NCBI GenBank assembly: GCA_030592845.1 | Contig: JAUVII010000002.1 | Span: forward strand, 581-64,580 | Reading direction: 5' to 3' | DNA from: Candidatus Krumholzibacteriia bacterium | GTDB taxonomy: Bacteria; Krumholzibacteriota; Krumholzibacteriia; LZORAL124-64-63 | Length of the DNA: 64,000 nt | Part shown: positions 54,129 to 63,535 of the stretch, piece after piece | Layout: each line of letters opens with the position of its first letter | Position numbering within the stretch: position 1 is the stretch's first letter | Notes under the pieces: generated by a model | What the model was told of the DNA's origin: nothing | The model's database searches: none | The model's input: only the letters and a program-made list of their open reading frames with translations | Translations under genes and position numbers: made by a program

Positions 54129-54716
54129 ATGAAAACAGTCTTCATCGTCATGGCACTGGCCATCATCCTGGCTGCGGGCATCAGTGTTTTTTTCCTGCGG
54201 GGCGCCCTGTCCACCGGCAGCCAGAAACCTGCCGGGAAAACGGCGAAGGTGTTGTGGGACCTGAAGACCAGGACCCTGTCGGGCGCGCCCGCTGACCTGG
54301 CGGATTGGCGGGGCAAGGTCGCCCTGGTGGTGAACGTCGCCAGCAAGTGCGGACTGACGCCCCAGTATGAAGGGCTCCAGACCCTCTACGGGGTATGGGA
54401 GGAAGAAGGTTTCGTGATCCTGGCCTTTCCCAGCAACGATTTCCTGGGCCAGGAGCCGGGCGCCCCCGCTGAAATCAGGGAATTCTGCGACTCCAACTAC
54501 GGAGTAACGTTTCCGATGTTCGAAAAGGTGAAGGTCAAGGGTGACGGCAAGGGGGAAATCTACAAATGGCTGACCAGTACCGGGCTGGAAGAGCCGACCT
54601 GGAACTTCACCAAGTACCTGGTGGGGAGGGACGGACACCTCATCGCCCGCTACGCCCCACGCACCAAACCGGACGACGCTGATATGGTGGCGGCGATTCG
54701 GAGCGCCCTGGAATAA
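54129..54716 (+). CDS. Glutathione peroxidase (Cys type) with signal/anchor sequence
   Basis: LVVNVASKCGLTPQY, FPSNDFLGQEPG and WNFTKYLV are canonical GPx blocks. The redox residue is Cys (TGC), not Sec. Confidence 0.9.
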   Translation: MKTVFIVMALAIILAAGISVFFLRGALSTGSQKPAGKTAKVLWDLKTRTLSGAPADLADWRGKVALVVNVASKCGLTPQYEGLQTLYGVWEEEGFVILAFPSNDFLGQEPGAPAEIREFCDSNYGVTFPMFEKVKVKGDGKGEIYKWLTSTGLEEPTWNFTKYLVGRDGHLIARYAPRTKPDDADMVAAIRSALE

Positions 54717-54722
54717 ATACAA

Positions 54723-54754
54723 AACCCCGGCGGAAATCCATTCCCGCCGGGGTT
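54723..54754 (-). terminator. Terminator hairpin between convergent gpx and nrdJ
   Basis: AACCCCGGCGG / CCGCCGGGGTT form an 11-bp stem. On the minus strand it is followed by TTGTATTTATT. Confidence 0.65.
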
Positions 54755-54844
54755 CCTGGCAGTCCGTTGCCTCAGGCTCGCTCCATCGATTCGGTTGAGC
54801 GGGCTCTTATGGCCAGGGGAGCAACCGATTCACGGGTGTCCCGA

Positions 54845-57817
54845 TCAGGAACAACCGGTCGTAGCTCCACAATTATGACATTTGTAGCAGGCTCCGCTGC
54901 GCACCGTCACCGAACCGCATTCGGGACAGGGCGGGCTGTCCGCCTGCTGCTGATAAATTGCCTGTTCGACTTCCATCGTGATGCGGGTCGGGCCGCCGGC
55001 GGAAGCCTCCATGGCCCTCAGGCCCGTGGCCGACCTCATTTCCTTTTCCTTGAGGGAAAGGGCTTCCCGGGTGTCGTCGGCGCCGTCGGGCAAGGTGCCG
55101 TCCGCGTCACCGGCGTGTTCCCCGAATTTCAGATCCATCCAGCGGAAGATATAATCCATCACCGATTTGGCGATGGGAATATTGGGATTGCTGGTGAACC
55201 CGCTGGGCTCGAACCGCGCGTGGCAGAACTTGTTGATCAGGACCTTCAACGGCACGCCGTACTGCAGCATGATCGACACGCTGGTGGCGAAACTGTCCAT
55301 CAGGCCGCTGACCACGGAGCCTTCCTTGGCCATGGAGATGAACATCTCGCCGGGTTTGCCGTTGGGGTACAGACCGATGGTGAGGTAACCCTCGTGACCC
55401 CCGATGGAGAATTTGTGGGTCACGGCCTGACGTTCGTCCGGCAGGCGCACCCGCTTGGGTTTGGGAGGCGCGCTGTGATCATCCACCTTGACCGGTTCGC
55501 TCGCCTTGTTCCCGGTGTTCAAAGGTTGCAGGCGTTTGGAGTTGTCGCGGTAGATGGCCACGGCCTTCAGGCCCATCTTCCAGGCTTCCATGTAGGTGAT
55601 GGCGATTTCATCCACCGTGGCCTCGGTCGGCAGGTTCACCGTCTTGCTGATGGCGCCGGACAGGAAGGGCTGCACCGCCGACATCATGCGCAGATGGCCC
55701 ATGTAATGGATGGACCTGACGCCGTTGGCCGGCCGGAAGGCGCAATCGAACACCGGCAGGTGCTCCTCCTTGAGATCGGGGGCGCCTTCGATGGTTTCGT
55801 GCTCGGCGATATAATTGGTGATCGACTCGATTTCCTCGTCCTCGTAACCCAGGTTTTCCAGGGCGTCGGGCACAGAATTATTGACGATCTTCATGATGCC
55901 GCCGTCGACCAGCTTCTTGTACTTCACCAGGGCGATGTCGGGTTCGACGCCGGTGGTGTCGCAATCCATGAGGAAACCGATGGTGCCGGTGGGCGCCAGA
56001 ACGGTGACCTGGCTGTTGCGGTACCCATAGTCGTGACCCAGGGCATAGGCTTCGCGCCAGACCGTCTCCGCCTCGTCGAGCAGATTCTCGGGCACCCGGT
56101 TGGCGGTGATGCCGTTGACGGCGGCCCGGTGCATGCGGATGACCTCGAGCATGGGCTCGCGGTTTTCCTCGTACCCCTCGAAGGGACCGATCTGGCTGGC
56201 GATCTCCGCCGAAGTCAGATAGGCCTGGCCGCACATCAGGGCGGTGATGGCCGCGGCAAAATCCCGGCCGGTGTTGCTGTCGTAGGGCAGGCCCCGGTCC
56301 ATGAGCAGGGCGCCAAGATTGGCGTAACCCAGACCCAGCGGACGGAATTTGTGACTGTTGGCCTCGATCTCCTCGCGGGGGTAACTGCTGTTCCCCACCA
56401 GGATTTCCATGGCCAGGGTCATGACCCGGCTGGCGTAGCGGAAGGATCCCGAGTCGAATTCCCCATCTTCGGTGCGGAACTTCATCAGGTTCAGGGAAGC
56501 CAGGTTGCAGGCCGAGTTGTCCAGGAACATGTACTCGCTGCAAGGGTTCGACGCGTGGATCCGGTCGGTGTTGCGGCAAGTGTGCCAGTCGTTGATCGTG
56601 GTGTCGAACTGCATGCCCGGATCGCCGCAGACATGGGTGCCCTCGGCGATCATGTTCATCAGATCGCGGGCCTTGTACGTATCCATGGGCCGGCCATCGA
56701 CCACCGCGAGGGTGGTCCATTCGCCGTCGTCCTCCACCGCGCGCATGAACTCGTTGCTCACACGCACCGAGTTGTTGCTGTTCTGGAAGAAGACGGAGTT
56801 GTATGCCTCGCCCCCGAAAGAACCGTCGTAACCCTGATCCATGAGGGCCCAGGCCTTCTTTTCCTCGTTCACCTTGCAGTTGATGAATTCCTCGATGTCG
56901 GGATGTTCGACGTCCAGGATGACCATCTTGGCGGCGCGACGAGTTTTCCCGCCGCTCTTTATAACACCCGCAAAGGCGTCAAAACCGCGCATGAACGATA
57001 CCGGGCCGCTGGCCGATCCGCCGGCCGAAAGGCTTTCACGACTGGACCGCAGCGTGGACAGGTTGCTGCCGGTGCCGCTGCCGTACTTGAACAACAGGCC
57101 TTCGGTTTTGGCCAGATCCAGGATACTGGCCATGGAATCCTCGACCGCGTTGATGAAACAGGCCGAGCACTGGGGCCTTTTTTCCACACCGACATTGAAC
57201 CAGACAGGTGAATTGAAGGCGGCCAGCTGGTTGACCAGGAGGTGACGAAGCTCCGCGCGGAATATTTCGGCGTCGACGGCGGTGGCGAAAATTCCGTCCT
57301 TGATACCCCAGTCAGCGATGGTATTGCCCACACGATCGATGAGCTGGCGCACGGAGGTCTCACGCTCGGGGGTGCCCTGACCGCCCCGGAAATATTTGGA
57401 GACGACCACGTTGGTGGCCATCTGGGTCCAGTTTTTGGGGATTTCGCAGTTGTCCTGCCGGAACAGGTTTTCACCCTTGTCGTTGACAATGGTGGCCGAG
57501 CGCATTTCCCACTCGATGGCGTCGAAAGGATCGACACCCTCGGTGGTGTATCGCCGCTCAATGGTCATGCCCTTGCCCTTGACCCGGACCGAATCGGAGC
57601 TCTCGGCCTGGTGAACGGCGAGGCCTTCATCGGCCAGGCCTTTCACGTCCACACCGTCCAATTCCAGACGGGCGGCCGCCTTGGCGGGTTCGGTGGGTTT
57701 GATTTGTTTTTTGGTAGCCATGTTGTCGGGAAGAATGTCCTTGTGAGCTTTCAAAGTGGTGGAATCTTTTTGTTTGATGCGATCCGCCATGATCCTCGCT
57801 CCTTTGTTCAGATCCAT
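54845..57817 (-). CDS. nrdJ: Class II (adenosylcobalamin-dependent) ribonucleotide reductase
   Basis: SNPCSEYMFLDNSACNLASLNL active-site block. C-terminal Cys cluster CPECGS...CYKCHNCG. 990 aa. ATG 57817 follows GGAG. Confidence 0.9.
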   Translation of the reverse strand: MDLNKGARIMADRIKQKDSTTLKAHKDILPDNMATKKQIKPTEPAKAAARLELDGVDVKGLADEGLAVHQAESSDSVRVKGKGMTIERRYTTEGVDPFDAIEWEMRSATIVNDKGENLFRQDNCEIPKNWTQMATNVVVSKYFRGGQGTPERETSVRQLIDRVGNTIADWGIKDGIFATAVDAEIFRAELRHLLVNQLAAFNSPVWFNVGVEKRPQCSACFINAVEDSMASILDLAKTEGLLFKYGSGTGSNLSTLRSSRESLSAGGSASGPVSFMRGFDAFAGVIKSGGKTRRAAKMVILDVEHPDIEEFINCKVNEEKKAWALMDQGYDGSFGGEAYNSVFFQNSNNSVRVSNEFMRAVEDDGEWTTLAVVDGRPMDTYKARDLMNMIAEGTHVCGDPGMQFDTTINDWHTCRNTDRIHASNPCSEYMFLDNSACNLASLNLMKFRTEDGEFDSGSFRYASRVMTLAMEILVGNSSYPREEIEANSHKFRPLGLGYANLGALLMDRGLPYDSNTGRDFAAAITALMCGQAYLTSAEIASQIGPFEGYEENREPMLEVIRMHRAAVNGITANRVPENLLDEAETVWREAYALGHDYGYRNSQVTVLAPTGTIGFLMDCDTTGVEPDIALVKYKKLVDGGIMKIVNNSVPDALENLGYEDEEIESITNYIAEHETIEGAPDLKEEHLPVFDCAFRPANGVRSIHYMGHLRMMSAVQPFLSGAISKTVNLPTEATVDEIAITYMEAWKMGLKAVAIYRDNSKRLQPLNTGNKASEPVKVDDHSAPPKPKRVRLPDERQAVTHKFSIGGHEGYLTIGLYPNGKPGEMFISMAKEGSVVSGLMDSFATSVSIMLQYGVPLKVLINKFCHARFEPSGFTSNPNIPIAKSVMDYIFRWMDLKFGEHAGDADGTLPDGADDTREALSLKEKEMRSATGLRAMEASAGGPTRITMEVEQAIYQQQADSPPCPECGSVTVRSGACYKCHNCGATTGCS

Positions 57818-57955
57818 CTGAACTCCTGAAAAATCCAGGATAATACCGATGTTAAATTGGTCAACCTGACCCGGGACGGTTTAACTCGCGACCCGATTAT
57901 CATTTTCCTGGCTTGAGGAAAAATGAGATCAAGCTTGATCTTCTATGTGCAAGCC

Positions 57956-57972
57956 ACCCCAATATATGGGGT
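57956..57972. promoter_or_regulatory. NrdR-box-like palindrome upstream of nrdJ
   Basis: ACCCCAATATATGGGGT has the AT-rich ATATAT core and C/G flanks of the NrdR box consensus acaCwAtATaTwGtgt. Confidence 0.45.
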
Positions 57973-58338
57973 AATCCGGCAGCCATTACCACACCCCCTT
58001 GTGGGTGTGTACGGACAATAATATTTACACCCGGTGGGCATCAAAACAAATATTTACAGCGGGGGTTTTACCGTCCGGCCCGCGATTTGAAACCCAAAAA
58101 AAATTGCGTTAAACCTTTGTTCCGGTCCCGTATGGGGCATTTACTATTTTTTGCAAAGAATTCACCTATGATCACGCCTCAACCCTCCCGGAACATCTGT
58201 CCAAAAACAATCAATCCCGGCCTTCGAAATAACACCTTGGTGTTAAAGGAAATATGATCAAAGGCCCGGCGGCCGTTTCACCAGGCGGGCCAACCGGTCC
58301 GGACACCCTGAAAAACACCCTTTATGATGAGTGAGAAA

Positions 58339-58752
58339 TCAGCCTGAATGGCTGCTTACGAGGTCTTCCACGATGCCCTTGATTCGGTCCCGGCCCAGAC
58401 GAAAGGCGGCCTGAACCTCCTCGGACGATCCCTCGGACGACATGGGATCCTTGACGGGCTTGCGCAGATGGCGTTCAGGAGCGGCAAGGGCAGGCAGGTA
58501 GCGACCGGCCTCATTGCTTAGGGTGACCACCAGATCGAAGGAATCCAGATCGAACCCGTCGAAGGTTTTGGTCTTTTGCCCCCCCATGTCCAGGCCGACT
58601 TCGGCCATGGCCCGCCGCGTGTTGTTGGTGATGGGATAGGTCAGCAAACCTCCGCTGGACACCTTCCAGCCGGGGGGAAACAACCGGCAGGCCCAGGCTT
58701 CAGCCATCTGACTGCGGCAGGAATTGGCGGTGCAGATAAACAGGATGTTCAC
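58339..58752 (-). CDS. Low-molecular-weight phosphotyrosine phosphatase / ArsC-fold protein
   Basis: P-loop CTANSCRS and a DP loop (VKDPMS). It lacks the two downstream Cys of thioredoxin-coupled ArsC (TLSNEAGRYLP instead of TLCGDAADKCP). Confidence 0.75.
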   Translation of the reverse strand: MNILFICTANSCRSQMAEAWACRLFPPGWKVSSGGLLTYPITNNTRRAMAEVGLDMGGQKTKTFDGFDLDSFDLVVTLSNEAGRYLPALAAPERHLRKPVKDPMSSEGSSEEVQAAFRLGRDRIKGIVEDLVSSHSG

Positions 58753-59270
58753 GAATCATCACCTTCGGATTCTTCGGTGATATCTGCGGTGATATCCACC
58801 AGGGCATCCCCTTGGCCGACAAGTTGTCCGTCCTGGACATGAACCGCGGCAACGGTGCCGGCCACCGGTGCGGTCATTTCCGTCTCCATTTTCATGGATT
58901 CCATGATGAGAACGGCTTGGCCCGCCTCCACCCTGGCCGCCTGTTCCACCAGGACCTTGACCACCTTGCCCGGCATGGCGGCGAAAAGACCTCCGCCGGC
59001 GGAAGTTTGTTCCTCATCATCGGCCACTTCCGGATCCGGCAGATCCAGCACATGCACCCTGCCGTCACAAAAAACCAGAAACCGGTCCCCGTCCCTGGCG
59101 ACCCACAGACGGCGGCGCCCCTGATGGGTGTCCACCAACCACGACCCGGTCTGATCCCGAATAGCCCGCAGAGGAGCTTCCTGACCATCGATCACCAGAC
59201 GCCAATCGTCGCCCTGTCGGGAAACGTCGACAGCGACCATTTCGTCTTCGCAGCGAAAGTTCAGCAGCAA
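58749..59270 (-). CDS. Biotin carboxyl carrier (biotinyl domain) subunit with N-terminal BT-like extension
   Basis: Biotinylation motif IMESMKME. TTG start follows GGGGGGGAAGGA. Confidence 0.8.
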   Translation of the reverse strand: MLLNFRCEDEMVAVDVSRQGDDWRLVIDGQEAPLRAIRDQTGSWLVDTHQGRRRLWVARDGDRFLVFCDGRVHVLDLPDPEVADDEEQTSAGGGLFAAMPGKVVKVLVEQAARVEAGQAVLIMESMKMETEMTAPVAGTVAAVHVQDGQLVGQGDALVDITADITEESEGDDS

Positions 59271-59314
59271 TTCATTTTTCCTTCCCCCCCGAGGTCCATT
59301 ATCCCCGAGGAGCT

Positions 59315-60883
59315 TTATTCCAGGCCTGACATGCGGAATCGTCCCAGATACCGCCAGGGAGTATCCCTGCGGTCCGAAAGCCCGGCCGAGCGGTCGGATC
59401 CCGGCCCGGAGCCCCGGTTGAGGCGTTCATATTCGTCCACAGCGGCTATGACCAGGGCCAGGTCGCCGTCTTCGGTAAGATCACCGCTCCAGTCGGGCAG
59501 ATGTTCCTCCAGGAATCCCGTATGAAGCCGTCCTTCGGCAAAAGCGGGTTCCTGCAGGATGGCTATCAGGTACTCCACGTTGGTCGTTACCCCCAGGATG
59601 GCGAATTCCCTGAGCGCCGTAACGGCCCGGTCGATGGCGGCTGCACGATCCTCACCATGAAGGCTGAGCTTGGCCATCAGGGGGTCGTAATACATGCTCA
59701 CTTCGTCGCCCTGCCGGACACCGCTGTCGATCCGGACACCCGGCCCGACAGGTTCGTGCATCAACCGGATTTCACCCAGCGAAGGCATGAACCCGGCCGC
59801 CGGATCTTCGGCGTAGATGCGGCACTCGATGGCGTGCCCGCGGGTGGTGAGATCGTCCTGGCTCCAGGGCAGGGGACGCCCCTCCGCCACCCGGATCTGT
59901 GTCCGGACCAGGTCCGTACCGGTCACCAGTTCGGTTACCGGATGTTCCACCTGCAGGCGGGTATTCATCTCCAGAAAGTAGAAATCGCCCCCGGGCCCGA
60001 GCAGGAACTCGACCGTGCCGGCCCCTTCGTAGTCCACCGCCTTGGCGGCGGCCACCGCGGCGCGCCCCATCTCTTCCCTCAGTTGGGGTGTCAGGGCGGG
60101 GCTGGGCGTTTCTTCGATGATCTTCTGGTGACGGCGCTGAATCGAACACTCGCGCTCGAACAGATGGACATGGTTGCCCTGGCTGTCCCCAAAAATCTGG
60201 AACTCCACGTGGCGGGGCATTTCGATGAATTTCTCCACATACACGGTGCCGTTGCCGAACGCTCCACGCGCCTCGCGGGATGCTCCCTCGCAGGCCCGGA
60301 CCACTTCATCGGGGCTTTCGACCAAACGCATTCCCTTGCCCCCGCCTCCGAAGGCGGCCTTGACCATCAACGGGTAACCGACCTCGGCACAAACGGCACG
60401 GACCTCGGCAGCCGGGTACTGGCCTTCGTCATCGGGTGCGGGCAAAAGAGCACCCGGAACCACGGGGACACCCGCCTTTTCCATGATGGCCCGCGCGGCG
60501 GTTTTCTCGCCCATTTTTTCGATGACTTCCGGCGAAGGTCCGATAAAAATGACCCCGGCCTCGTCGCAGGCCCGGGCAAAGTCGGCGTTTTCCGCCAGAA
60601 AACCGTAGCCGGGATGGATGGCGTCGGCATCGGTTTCCCGGGCAACCTCCAGCAGGCGGTCCATGCGCAGATAGGATTCGCCGGGTTCGGCCGGTCCGAT
60701 GGTCACCGCCAAATCGGCAAGTTCCGCGTGCAGGGCGTGGCGATCCACTTCCGAACAAACCGCTACCGTTCCGATCCCCAGTTCGCGGCAGGCGCGGATT
60801 ACCCGCACGGCGATCTCACCGCGGTTGGCCACTAGAATTCTGCTGATGGAATGCAATTGTGGAGTCTCCTTGCCGGGGCTCAT
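59315..60883 (-). CDS. Biotin carboxylase subunit of acyl-CoA (methylcrotonyl-CoA-type) carboxylase
   Basis: ILVANRGEIAVRVIRAC, HPGYGFLAEN, and the ATP-grasp block GGGGKGMR. ATG 60883 overlaps the upstream stop (ATGA). Confidence 0.9.
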   Translation of the reverse strand: MSPGKETPQLHSISRILVANRGEIAVRVIRACRELGIGTVAVCSEVDRHALHAELADLAVTIGPAEPGESYLRMDRLLEVARETDADAIHPGYGFLAENADFARACDEAGVIFIGPSPEVIEKMGEKTAARAIMEKAGVPVVPGALLPAPDDEGQYPAAEVRAVCAEVGYPLMVKAAFGGGGKGMRLVESPDEVVRACEGASREARGAFGNGTVYVEKFIEMPRHVEFQIFGDSQGNHVHLFERECSIQRRHQKIIEETPSPALTPQLREEMGRAAVAAAKAVDYEGAGTVEFLLGPGGDFYFLEMNTRLQVEHPVTELVTGTDLVRTQIRVAEGRPLPWSQDDLTTRGHAIECRIYAEDPAAGFMPSLGEIRLMHEPVGPGVRIDSGVRQGDEVSMYYDPLMAKLSLHGEDRAAAIDRAVTALREFAILGVTTNVEYLIAILQEPAFAEGRLHTGFLEEHLPDWSGDLTEDGDLALVIAAVDEYERLNRGSGPGSDRSAGLSDRRDTPWRYLGRFRMSGLE

Positions 60884-61782
60884 GAGTCCCCGCCTTCGTT
60901 GGAGGGCAGGGTCCAACCCGCTTGGTCGCCCCATGGCGAGGGAGCCTTGGCCAGGAAGGAATCCAGGGCCGCCTGGGCTTCGGGCCCGGTCCGGGCCTGG
61001 GCTATCATCCGGGCAGCCAGTTCACCGCTGCGGGTAAATCCCAACGACTCCACCCCGTCGAGCAGGCTCTTGCACACACCCAGTGTTTCCGCCCCGCCCC
61101 GCAGCAACGACCGGACCGTGGATTCCAGAAGGACATCCAGTTCCCCGTCCGCGGCCAGCCTGTCCACCAGCCCGATGCGATGGGCTTCGGCACCGTCGAT
61201 CACGTCCGAGGTCAGGAAATAGTGGCGGGCCGCGGCCTGTCCGATGCGATCGACGACCAATGGCGCGATCACCCCCGGGACCAGACCGAGGCGAACTTCG
61301 GAAAAGGAAAACCGCGCGCGGAAGGCGGACACGACGACATCGCAGGCCGCAATCAATCCAACTCCGCCACCGAAGGCCGCCCCCTGGACCCGGGCCACCA
61401 CCGGCGCCGGGCAGTTGCGCACCGCCCGGAACATGGCGCCCATATCCAAAGCGGCCGTCATGTTCTCCTGATAGTCGGCCTGGCCCATTTCCTTCATCTC
61501 ACCCAGGTGCGCGCCGGAACAGAACACCTCGCCTGTCGCTCTCAAAACAATGACATGGGGCCTGAAACGGCCGGCGGAACCGATATCCAGGGTGCCGTCC
61601 GCAAGAGTGGCCTTGCCCGTATCAAGGGGCAGGGGATCACGGTAGGCCACGGTCTCGAACAGTTCCCGCAGCACGCCGATGGTCTCCCGGTCGAAGGCGT
61701 TTTTCACCTCCGGCTTGTCGATGGTGACAACCAGCACCCGCCCTGCGATTTCCTGATGAATCCCCTGGTTTATTCCCATCAT
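60880..61782 (-). CDS. Enoyl-CoA hydratase/isomerase family (methylglutaconyl-CoA hydratase-like)
   Basis: Crotonase blocks: FCSGAHLGEM, GAAFGGGVGLIAACD, EVRLGLVPG. Confidence 0.85.
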   Translation of the reverse strand: MMGINQGIHQEIAGRVLVVTIDKPEVKNAFDRETIGVLRELFETVAYRDPLPLDTGKATLADGTLDIGSAGRFRPHVIVLRATGEVFCSGAHLGEMKEMGQADYQENMTAALDMGAMFRAVRNCPAPVVARVQGAAFGGGVGLIAACDVVVSAFRARFSFSEVRLGLVPGVIAPLVVDRIGQAAARHYFLTSDVIDGAEAHRIGLVDRLAADGELDVLLESTVRSLLRGGAETLGVCKSLLDGVESLGFTRSGELAARMIAQARTGPEAQAALDSFLAKAPSPWGDQAGWTLPSNEGGDS

Positions 61783-61788
61783 TTTCTC

Positions 61789-63396
61789 CTACATCCTGTA
61801 GATGCCGAATTTCACCGGCGGGATGGGTGCGTTCAGAGACATGGCCAACCCCAGGCCCAGAACATCGCGCGTCTGCACCGGGTCCACGACGCCGTCATCC
61901 CAAAGGCGGGCGCTGCTGTAGTAGGCATGTCCTTCGGTTTCGTATTTGGCCAGGATGGGGTCGACGATGGCCTTTTCCTCGTCGGGAGTGAGGCTTCCCC
62001 CGGCCCGGGCCACCTGGTCCTTCTTGACGGTAAGTAGCACACCGGAGGCCTGTTCGCCGCCCATCACCGAGATTTTGGCCTGGGGCCACATGAACATCAA
62101 ACGCGGCTGGTAGGCACGTCCGCACATCCCGTAGTTGCCCGCCCCGTAACTGCCGCCGACCACGACGGTGAACTTGGGCACGGTGCTGTTGCTGACGGCG
62201 TTGACCATCTTGGCGCCGTCTTTTGCTATGCCGCCGTGTTCGTAACGTTTGCCGATCATGAAACCGGTAATGTTCTGCAGAAAGATCAGGGGAATCTTAC
62301 GCGCGTTGCACAGTTCGATGAAGTGGGTGGCCTTGAGGGCCTCTTCACTGAACAGGATCCCGTTGTTGGCCAGGATGCCCACGCTGTAACCGTGGAGTCG
62401 GGCGAATCCCGTCACCAGGGTGGTGCCGTAGCGGGGTTTGAATTCGTGCATCCGGCTGCCGTCGACGATGCGGGCGATGACCTCGCGGATATCGAAGGGA
62501 AACTTCGGATCGTGACTGACCACGCCGTAGAGTTCTTCGGGATCGTAGTAGGGCGGCTCGGGTGCGTCGCAGGGTCCGCCCAAAGATTTTTGGCGCCCCA
62601 GGTTTTCAATGATATCCCGCACCAGGCGCAAGGCGTGCGCGTCGTCGTTGGCCAGGTAGTCGGCTACCCCGCTGATGCGTGTGTGGACATCGCCGCCACC
62701 GAGGTCTTCAGCGGTAACCTCCTCCCCCGTAGCCGCTTTCACCAACGGAGGTCCCCCCAGGAAAATGGTGCCCTGTTCCTTGACGATCACCACTTCGTCG
62801 CTCATGGCCGGCACATACGCTCCGCCGGCGGTGCAGGAGCCCAGCACGGCGCTGATCTGCGGAATGTCCATCGCACTCAAGGTTGCCTGGTTGTAGAAGA
62901 TGCGCCCGAAATGATCGCGGTCGGGAAATACCTCGTCCTGCATGGGCAGAAAAGCGCCGCCCGAATCAACCAGGTAGACGCAGGGCAGGCGGTTCTCTTT
63001 GGCGATCTCCTGAGCCCTGAGATGTTTTTTTACGGTGATCGGAAAGTAGGTGCCCCCTTTGACCGAGGCGTCGTTGGCCACGATCATCACCTGGCGGCCG
63101 TGGACCTGACCGACACCGGTGACCAATCCCGCCGCAGGCACCTCCGAGGGGTAGACCCCATGGGCGGCAAGTGGTGAAAGTTCAAGGAAAGGAGTACCCG
63201 GATCCAGAAGGGCCTCGATTCGATCCCGCACCATCATCTTTCCCCGGGATAGATGGCGCTCGCGGGCCTTTTCACTGCCCCCGCGGCCAATGTTTCCCAA
63301 CAGGGCGGCCAGATCGGCGGCTCGCTGCCGGTTCAGCCTGTCGTTTTCCTTGAAGGCCGCGTCCTGGGTATTGATCTGGCTCTTGATCCGTTTCAT
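61789..63396 (-). CDS. Acyl-CoA carboxylase carboxyltransferase (beta) subunit, methylcrotonyl-CoA carboxylase type
   Basis: 535 aa. Blocks: [45 protein letters not shown]-like ([15 protein letters not shown]). AAGGAG precedes the ATG. Confidence 0.9.
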   Translation of the reverse strand: MKRIKSQINTQDAAFKENDRLNRQRAADLAALLGNIGRGGSEKARERHLSRGKMMVRDRIEALLDPGTPFLELSPLAAHGVYPSEVPAAGLVTGVGQVHGRQVMIVANDASVKGGTYFPITVKKHLRAQEIAKENRLPCVYLVDSGGAFLPMQDEVFPDRDHFGRIFYNQATLSAMDIPQISAVLGSCTAGGAYVPAMSDEVVIVKEQGTIFLGGPPLVKAATGEEVTAEDLGGGDVHTRISGVADYLANDDAHALRLVRDIIENLGRQKSLGGPCDAPEPPYYDPEELYGVVSHDPKFPFDIREVIARIVDGSRMHEFKPRYGTTLVTGFARLHGYSVGILANNGILFSEEALKATHFIELCNARKIPLIFLQNITGFMIGKRYEHGGIAKDGAKMVNAVSNSTVPKFTVVVGGSYGAGNYGMCGRAYQPRLMFMWPQAKISVMGGEQASGVLLTVKKDQVARAGGSLTPDEEKAIVDPILAKYETEGHAYYSSARLWDDGVVDPVQTRDVLGLGLAMSLNAPIPPVKFGIYRM

Positions 63397-63535
63397 CCCG
63401 GCTCCTTGTAGGGGATCAGGACATCCACCCGTGAGCGAAACTCCCCGGCGGATGGATGTGGCAAATAAGATATGTCGCTGGGGATTATAGACCCTGCCGG
63501 GGGCAGGGTCTACAGTCAGGTATCGACAAACCGGG

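Noticed and set aside
54129-54716. Glutathione peroxidase as a selenoprotein
   Set aside because: The active-site residue is encoded by TGC (NVASKCGLT), and the reading frame has no internal TGA.
57818-58338. Cobalamin riboswitch or coding ORF (57913..58257) upstream of nrdJ
   Set aside because: I could not find a B12-box-like element on either strand. The ORF is AT-rich and lacks an SD. The region is better explained as promoter/operator DNA.
58339-58752. Calling this gene a thioredoxin-coupled arsenate reductase (ArsC)
   Set aside because: The CX5R P-loop is present, but the region equivalent to Cys82/Cys89 of Bacillus ArsC reads TLSNEAGRYLP with no cysteines. Only a generic LMW-PTP-fold call is justified.
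59271-59314. Biotin carboxylase / BCCP split as a nonsense or frameshift pseudogene
   Set aside because: The downstream ORF has its own G-rich SD and start. Stops occur in both frames within the gap. Both halves look intact.
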